NCBI GenBank assembly: GCA_964452165.1
Contig: CAYVKP010000001.1
Location: forward strand, 140,110-204,109
Length of the DNA: 64,000 nt
Reading direction: 5' to 3'
Origin: an uncultured Gammaproteobacteria bacterium
GTDB lineage: Bacteria > Patescibacteriota > Microgenomatia > Levybacterales > GWA1-39-11
Under the pieces are notes generated by a model that was given only the letters and a program-made list of their open reading frames with translations, ran no database searches and was not told the DNA's origin. A program made the translations under genes and the position numbers. Within the stretch, counting starts at the first letter, position 1. Each line of letters opens with the position of its first letter. Shown here piece after piece: positions 58,329 through 64,000 of the stretch.

Positions 58329-60611
58329 ATGCGAAAAGTTCTGCCCATACTAATCTCCCCACAAAGCAAGTTTGTGGGGGCCCCGCTTAAAAAATTTAAG
58401 CGATTTTTTTCCATGTGTTTGGTCGTTGTCTTATTCCTTATAGTCTTTGTTCCATCTGTTAGTGCTCAGGCGACCCCGGTTCCCGCTCAAAACGCTACGC
58501 CGGCTCAGAACCAAACCGCTGATCCGAATGCGACTCAGCAGGTAGGTCAAGCACAGCCGACTGATGGGCAGTGGGTTCAGGATCCTGAGGTCACTTTTGT
58601 AGGAAAAACAGGAGCAAGATCGGGAGATTTTCTAGATTGGGCTCTAAGAAATTATAACTGGCTTTGTGTAGAGAAAGTTTCGCAATATCAATGCAACAAC
58701 AAGGGTGACCCTCTGGTTCAATTTTGGATAATCATAAGAAATATAGTCTATGCGTTGATGGCCCTTTTTGTCCTTGTTACGGCGTTTATGTTGATAATCA
58801 CCCGCGGCCAGAATATAACGGTCATGAAGTTTATCCCGCGCTTCGTTTTGATAGTAGTTTTAATAACTTTATCTTTCTCGCTCGTTCAATTTATCTATCA
58901 GATGAGTGATGTTGTGCAAGGATTTTTTCTGAATCTTCAGAAGCAGCCGCCTGGCACAAATCCGTTTATATCAACTCAGGACCTTCTTTATATTGGTTTT
59001 AAATACGAAGATTTTATTGGCTATAGACTCGCAGGTGATAAATTCGCCGAATCTGCATTTATCTCACTTCTCCTGGTTCGTCTTACTGCAATTACTTACT
59101 ATGTTATGACTGGAATTCTTTTGATCAGAAAAATAATTCTCTGGTTTTTCATAATTGTCTCACCGGTTTTTCCTTTACTTCTTTTCTACAGACCTATCAG
59201 AAATACGGCTAAAGTCTGGATTGGAGAATTTTTCAGATGGCTACTTTACGCTCCTCTTTTTGCAATTTTCCTACGCGGCCTTGTTGTAGTCTGGAAATCC
59301 CAGAAAAGTATTCCTCTTGCCTTCGATTATACAAAAGTAGGTACGGTTGTTTATCCTACCGCAATAAATATACTTCTTGGGGGTCCTGGTCAAAAAATAC
59401 TTTATGAGGGAATGGAAAAATCCAACTCAGTTAATTTACCTGATACTTTTGCTTTATATGTAGTTGCTCTTCTTATGTTGTGGGTTGTGATCATATTGCC
59501 ATTCCTGCTTTTGAAAATATTCCTTGATTACATTAACACATTATCTCTTGGTGGTAATGTTGCTGTTCAAAAATTTGTTAATAGAAATCTAGGATTCCTC
59601 AATCCGCAAAAAGGGATACCGCCCGCGCCTACTCCAACTCCCCCCGGATCTGTATCACCAACTGGTGCAGCCCGATCCATGCCTTTCATTCATAAGGCCG
59701 CAATGACCCAGCCTCTATCAATTCGAGCGGACGTACAAGCAAGCGTACGTGAAAGCTCGGACGTCTTAAGACTTACGAATCTTTCAATACCAAAGATGCG
59801 CGATATTGCCCGATATGAGACTTCAATGATGTCAAGCGATGTAGGTAGACGCGCAGAGGCACGAGAACTTCACAGTACGCTATCTAAGATCGCCAACCCG
59901 ACAATAGCAACCGTTCCATCAGAACGACAAAAGTTTTCAACTGTCAGACAGCAGTTGCTATCGCAAAAACAAAAAGGTAATCCAATAGCCTCCGGTGTCT
60001 TGGCGGCATCTGCAGCAAGTGCCACGACAAAAGCTGAGGGGATAGTCCATGCCAGACAACAACAAATAACGAGTGCGACTCAAACTTTGTCGCGAACAAC
60101 TCAGCTTCCAAGCGTCAATAAAGTTCAGCAGGTAAGCCTTGATGATTATGAGGAGGTTAGAAAGCTATGGACTGAAAATTATCAGACAATTGAGCCACCA
60201 AAGAGTCTTTCGGGAGTACAGATGGAGAGACGTGAATGGATCAAAAACGATATAGACAGAATTACGCAGGCGATAGCACTACTTCAATCAGAGGATCCGG
60301 AGAAAGTAAACCAGGGCATGGAAATGGTTGCAAATATCTTGCCATTCCTTCTCATCGGTGGATTTTCAAAGTCCGAGGTAGTTGCGTATCTTAAGGCTAA
60401 AATGCAAGCTGGTAAATCGGTTCTTGAAGGAGTCAACAAGAAAGAGGAGGAAGAGGAGTCCATGGTTTCAACTCATGAAAAAGAAACTCACGCAGAAGGT
60501 CACATGAGCGCCGAAGCATCAATAATTGATAAGCAAGACGAATTGAAAGAGTCTATGCCGCCGACAAATGAAGAAAAGAAAGAGCCCGGAGGAGGCCCTA
60601 AAAGTCAGTAG
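58329..60611 (+). CDS. TrbL/VirB6-like polytopic membrane protein with long cytoplasmic C-terminus
   Basis: Signal peptide ending VSAQ, W..IRN..Y, RKIILWFFIIVSP..W..EF..WLLYAP helices; 1 nt after the pilin gene. Confidence 0.72.
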   Translation: MRKVLPILISPQSKFVGAPLKKFKRFFSMCLVVVLFLIVFVPSVSAQATPVPAQNATPAQNQTADPNATQQVGQAQPTDGQWVQDPEVTFVGKTGARSGDFLDWALRNYNWLCVEKVSQYQCNNKGDPLVQFWIIIRNIVYALMALFVLVTAFMLIITRGQNITVMKFIPRFVLIVVLITLSFSLVQFIYQMSDVVQGFFLNLQKQPPGTNPFISTQDLLYIGFKYEDFIGYRLAGDKFAESAFISLLLVRLTAITYYVMTGILLIRKIILWFFIIVSPVFPLLLFYRPIRNTAKVWIGEFFRWLLYAPLFAIFLRGLVVVWKSQKSIPLAFDYTKVGTVVYPTAINILLGGPGQKILYEGMEKSNSVNLPDTFALYVVALLMLWVVIILPFLLLKIFLDYINTLSLGGNVAVQKFVNRNLGFLNPQKGIPPAPTPTPPGSVSPTGAARSMPFIHKAAMTQPLSIRADVQASVRESSDVLRLTNLSIPKMRDIARYETSMMSSDVGRRAEARELHSTLSKIANPTIATVPSERQKFSTVRQQLLSQKQKGNPIASGVLAASAASATTKAEGIVHARQQQITSATQTLSRTTQLPSVNKVQQVSLDDYEEVRKLWTENYQTIEPPKSLSGVQMERREWIKNDIDRITQAIALLQSEDPEKVNQGMEMVANILPFLLIGGFSKSEVVAYLKAKMQAGKSVLEGVNKKEEEEESMVSTHEKETHAEGHMSAEASIIDKQDELKESMPPTNEEKKEPGGGPKSQ

Positions 60612-60657
60612 AAACTATGATAAAATTAAGCAATACCAATATTAATTAAACTGCCCT

Positions 60658-63390
60658 ATGTTTGGAAATTTATTTAGTACCAGAAAAAAAAGTGAAAGTC
60701 AGGAAGAAGTAAAAACGACGACACAAACGACCGGTGCACAGGTAAGCGTTGAACAGACTTCAAGTTCAGATCTACTGGGAGATGTAAATCACGTTCAGGA
60801 AACAATAAATGTGTCTGCGCCCCCGGCCCAAGCAGCGCCGACTCCCGCTCAAAATTCGTCTGCGCAGCCCGGGACTCCTGCGGATCAAGGAAGTATTGCC
60901 GCAAGTCCAACAGCCCGCGAGAATGTGACTGCACTATCGCGTCTTGATCCTCGTGCAACGCAGGTATTACATCAAGCGCAAAATCTTGCGAAGAAAAATA
61001 GCCAGGCAACTATCGAACCCGACCACATTCTATACGGATTGCTTTATGATGGGGACATATTCAAGCTCCTCGAGCAATTCTCAGTAGATGTCGCAAAAAT
61101 ATCAGCTGAAATTGAGGGGAAGCAGACAAAGGGAACTTTCTCAGGCCAGCCAACCCTATCAGATCCGGCCAAGGCCATTCTGGAAGAAGCCTACAACACA
61201 TGTAAATTACGAGGATCAAGTTTTGTAGCCCCGGAGGATATTCTCCTAGCAGTTTTTGGCACAGCAGTTACAGCCGATTTCCTCAAATCAAAGGGAATCG
61301 AGAAAGCAGGAGTTGAAGACAAGCTTTCAAAGAGCGCAGATTACACCGTTGGTAAGAAATCCATGATTGAAAAATATAGCATTGATCTTACGACGGAGGC
61401 AAAAGAAGGCCGACTGGATCCTGTTACAGGTCGCGATAGCGAAGTGGAGCGTCTGATTCATATTTTACTGAGACGATCTAAAAATAACCCGATAATAATA
61501 GGTGAGGCGGGAGTAGGAAAAACTGCGATAGTTGAAGGTTTGGCGCAAAAAATAGTTGATGGCAATATCCCGAAAGACCTCGCAAATAGGCGCATTATGC
61601 AGCTTGATTTAGCTTCTCTTATTGCCGGAGCAGCGCATCGCGGAGAATTTGAAGAAAGATTTAGAGCTGTAATTAAAGAAGCTCAAGCATCAACCGGAAC
61701 AATAATTCTTTTCATTGACGAAATTCATACTTTAATAGGGGCTGGGGATACCGGCGGCGCGATGGATGCTTCAAATATTATTAAACCGTATCTTGCACGT
61801 GGACAAATACAATTGATAGGTACTACAACTACAGCAGAATTCAGAAAATATTTTGAAAAAGATAAAGCTTTTGAGAGAAGATTTCAACCGGTTTTGGTTG
61901 AGGAGCCAAGTGAGGACGTTGCAGTTGAGATGCTCAAGGTTCTTAAGCCAAAATATGAAAAATTTCACAACGTTGTATTTTCACCTGAGACGCTCGATGC
62001 GGCAGTCCGCCTGTCTAAAAAATATGTGGGCGAAAGATTTTTGCCGGATAAAGCAGTAGACCTTCTTGATGAGGCCGGCGCTGAGGTAAAACTTAAATTT
62101 TCAGAGAAAAAAAGAGAAGACAACCAGGTAAAACCAGAAGATATACAAAACGTTGTTTCTGCATGGACAGGAATTCCGGTAACAAAATTAACAGAAGATG
62201 AAAGTCAAAAGCTTATTCATCTTGAGGACCTGATTCATAAGCGATTCATAGATCAGCAAGAGGCAGTTGTATCGATTGCAGAGGCTATAAGACGAGGGAG
62301 AATCGGGCTTTCTGCTGCTAATCGTCCTATTGCTTCATTTATTTTCCTGGGTCCTACGGGAGTTGGAAAAACAGAACTCGCCAAGGCAATGGCAGAGATA
62401 CTTTTCGGCAAAGAAGAATCAATGATTCGTCTTGATATGTCCGAATACATGGAAAAGCATGAGGTTGCAAAGCTTATCGGTGCTCCTCCCGGATACGTAG
62501 GGTATGAGGAGGGCGGACAGCTTACGGAGGCGGTTCGTACCAAACCTTATTCAATAGTTCTTCTGGATGAAGTTGAGAAGGCACATCCTGACGTATTTAA
62601 TATATTACTTCAGCTTCTTGAAGACGGACGCTTAACAGATAATAAAGGAAACACTATTTCATTTAAAAATACCGTTATTATTGCTACTTCAAATCTTGGG
62701 AGCCAAATCATTCAAAAAGAGCTTGCTGAAGGTGGAGCAAATTTGAAACCTGAGGAGTTCGATAAAAAATTTGCAGAATTATCAAAGACGTTAATGGACG
62801 AGTTGCACAAGTTTTTCAGACCGGAGCTTCTCAACCGTTTTGATGAGTTGGTTGTCTTCAAACCCCTTTCTCCAAAAGACATGAATGAAATTGCGAGGCT
62901 TGGAATTGAACGGACCCGCAAACTTCTTAAAGATCAAGGGCTCGAGCTACAAATTACAGCAAATGCACTCGCAGAACTTGCAAAAGAAGGATACGACCCC
63001 GTTTACGGGGCAAGACCTTTGAGAAGACTAATTCAATCTGCAATTGAAAATCCCATTTCTTTGCAAATAATCGGAAAGAATTTTGTACAAGGAGACATAA
63101 TTTTAATTGATTTTGATGCCGCGAAAAATGAGTTCAATTTCAAAAAATCAACACCTCCTCCACAAGCCGCAGGCCAAGCGCAGGCAGGTCAGCCCGCTCC
63201 GGCCGCTGCACCTAACCAAAATAATTCTCAAAACGGAACAGCACCTACTAACGGGGTAAGTCAAAATGGTCAAGCCCAACCTCAAACGACAGAACCGGTA
63301 TACGGATATGATAAAAACGGTACAACTCCTCCGCCTCCAACACCTCAGGGCCCAGCCGATGGGACGCAAATGCAGAAAAGCAATATATGA
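60658..63390 (+). CDS. Hsp100/Clp double-AAA+ ATPase (ClpA/B family) with disordered N- and C-extensions
   Basis: Clp-N repeats, [44 protein letters not shown]. Confidence 0.95.
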   Translation: MFGNLFSTRKKSESQEEVKTTTQTTGAQVSVEQTSSSDLLGDVNHVQETINVSAPPAQAAPTPAQNSSAQPGTPADQGSIAASPTARENVTALSRLDPRATQVLHQAQNLAKKNSQATIEPDHILYGLLYDGDIFKLLEQFSVDVAKISAEIEGKQTKGTFSGQPTLSDPAKAILEEAYNTCKLRGSSFVAPEDILLAVFGTAVTADFLKSKGIEKAGVEDKLSKSADYTVGKKSMIEKYSIDLTTEAKEGRLDPVTGRDSEVERLIHILLRRSKNNPIIIGEAGVGKTAIVEGLAQKIVDGNIPKDLANRRIMQLDLASLIAGAAHRGEFEERFRAVIKEAQASTGTIILFIDEIHTLIGAGDTGGAMDASNIIKPYLARGQIQLIGTTTTAEFRKYFEKDKAFERRFQPVLVEEPSEDVAVEMLKVLKPKYEKFHNVVFSPETLDAAVRLSKKYVGERFLPDKAVDLLDEAGAEVKLKFSEKKREDNQVKPEDIQNVVSAWTGIPVTKLTEDESQKLIHLEDLIHKRFIDQQEAVVSIAEAIRRGRIGLSAANRPIASFIFLGPTGVGKTELAKAMAEILFGKEESMIRLDMSEYMEKHEVAKLIGAPPGYVGYEEGGQLTEAVRTKPYSIVLLDEVEKAHPDVFNILLQLLEDGRLTDNKGNTISFKNTVIIATSNLGSQIIQKELAEGGANLKPEEFDKKFAELSKTLMDELHKFFRPELLNRFDELVVFKPLSPKDMNEIARLGIERTRKLLKDQGLELQITANALAELAKEGYDPVYGARPLRRLIQSAIENPISLQIIGKNFVQGDIILIDFDAAKNEFNFKKSTPPPQAAGQAQAGQPAPAAAPNQNNSQNGTAPTNGVSQNGQAQPQTTEPVYGYDKNGTTPPPPTPQGPADGTQMQKSNI

Positions 63391-64000
63391 AGCCTAAGTC
63401 TTCAAGCGGGTTTAGCGGGAGCAAAATAATTGTTCTTCTTATAATTTTGGCCTTAATCCCTGTTGGCCTATTTTTACTTTTGAATCCCAAAGCCAAGAAA
63501 AATATTCCTCCAACTGTAAGAGAAGTTTTTTACCCCAAAGCAGAATACGTTGCGGGACAATTGATAGTTAAATATAAGGATTCTTATACAATTGATGAGA
63601 TAACTCATCTTAAATCTAAGCTCGATTCGATTGGAATTGATTCACAAAAAAGAGTTTTTGATTCAAACGATCCAAGACTCCGCAATTTTTATGTTCTGTA
63701 CTTTAAAAAAGACGTTGATATTAAAAAAGTTGGAGAGGACCTCGCAAAGATGCAAGAGATTGAGGCAATAAGTCCCAACTATCTTTCAAAAACCCAAGCC
63801 GACGAACCGAATGATCCAGGTTACGTACAAAATCGTCAATGGGATCTTATAAAAATTGGCATGAAAGATGCTTGGCAAATTACAAAGGGCTCGAATAATA
63901 TAAAAGTTGCTGTTATTGATTCAGGTATTGATTATAACCACCCGGATTTTGCTGGACGCAATATAACCCGTGGGCCGGACATGACAACTTGTTCAAATTA
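63387..64000 (+). CDS. Membrane-anchored S8 subtilisin-like serine protease (partial, runs off the window)
   Basis: ATGA overlap with the Clp gene; translated by hand: [58 protein letters not shown]. Confidence 0.92.
   Translation, partial: MKPKSSSGFSGSKIIVLLIILALIPVGLFLLLNPKAKKNIPPTVREVFYPKAEYVAGQLIVKYKDSYTIDEITHLKSKLDSIGIDSQKRVFDSNDPRLRNFYVLYFKKDVDIKKVGEDLAKMQEIEAISPNYLSKTQADEPNDPGYVQNRQWDLIKIGMKDAWQITKGSNNIKVAVIDSGIDYNHPDFAGRNITRGPDMTTCSN

Noticed and set aside
60658-63390. Calling the Hsp100 gene clpB or clpC
   Set aside because: It lacks the ClpB M-domain and the ClpC UVR/IGF features, so no symbol was assigned

Overview
Gene-dense, AT-rich chromosomal segment of a small-genome bacterium, most consistent with Patescibacteria/CPR, Microgenomates-like (inferred from the CPR-type pilin and T4SS-like ATPase, many GT-C membrane glycosyltransferases, shortened PcrA/HrcA/MetRS and widespread leaderless genes). 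Housekeeping content: tmRNA+smpB, tRNA-Ile(UAU), two tRNA-Ser, pcrA, tpiA, rpsT, murJ, purM/purN, lepA, groES-groEL, tatD, metG, hrcA-grpE-dnaK with a CIRCE operator. Envelope content: SpoIID-like, FemABX-like, LCP, two glycosylation clusters, pilNO, and two Thr/Pro-rich surface proteins with PPTG-type C-terminal anchors. There is also a Crp/Fnr - ATP-cone nuclease - NiSOD (sodN/sodX) block and several orphan enzyme-like genes. I saw no CRISPR array, rRNA, transposase or integrase. Best leads: (1) a pilin - VirB6-like - atypical Hsp100 ATPase - membrane-anchored subtilase locus; (2) three 23-bp-phased Crp-family operators; (3) a switch-like structured leader on metG; (4) tRNA-Ile with a UAU anticodon; (5) covarying GA-AC-GAA-GT-GA hairpins fused to tRNA ends; (6) a possible polyprenyl-phospho-pentose glycosylation route. 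All family assignments are by-eye motif recognition, not database searches.
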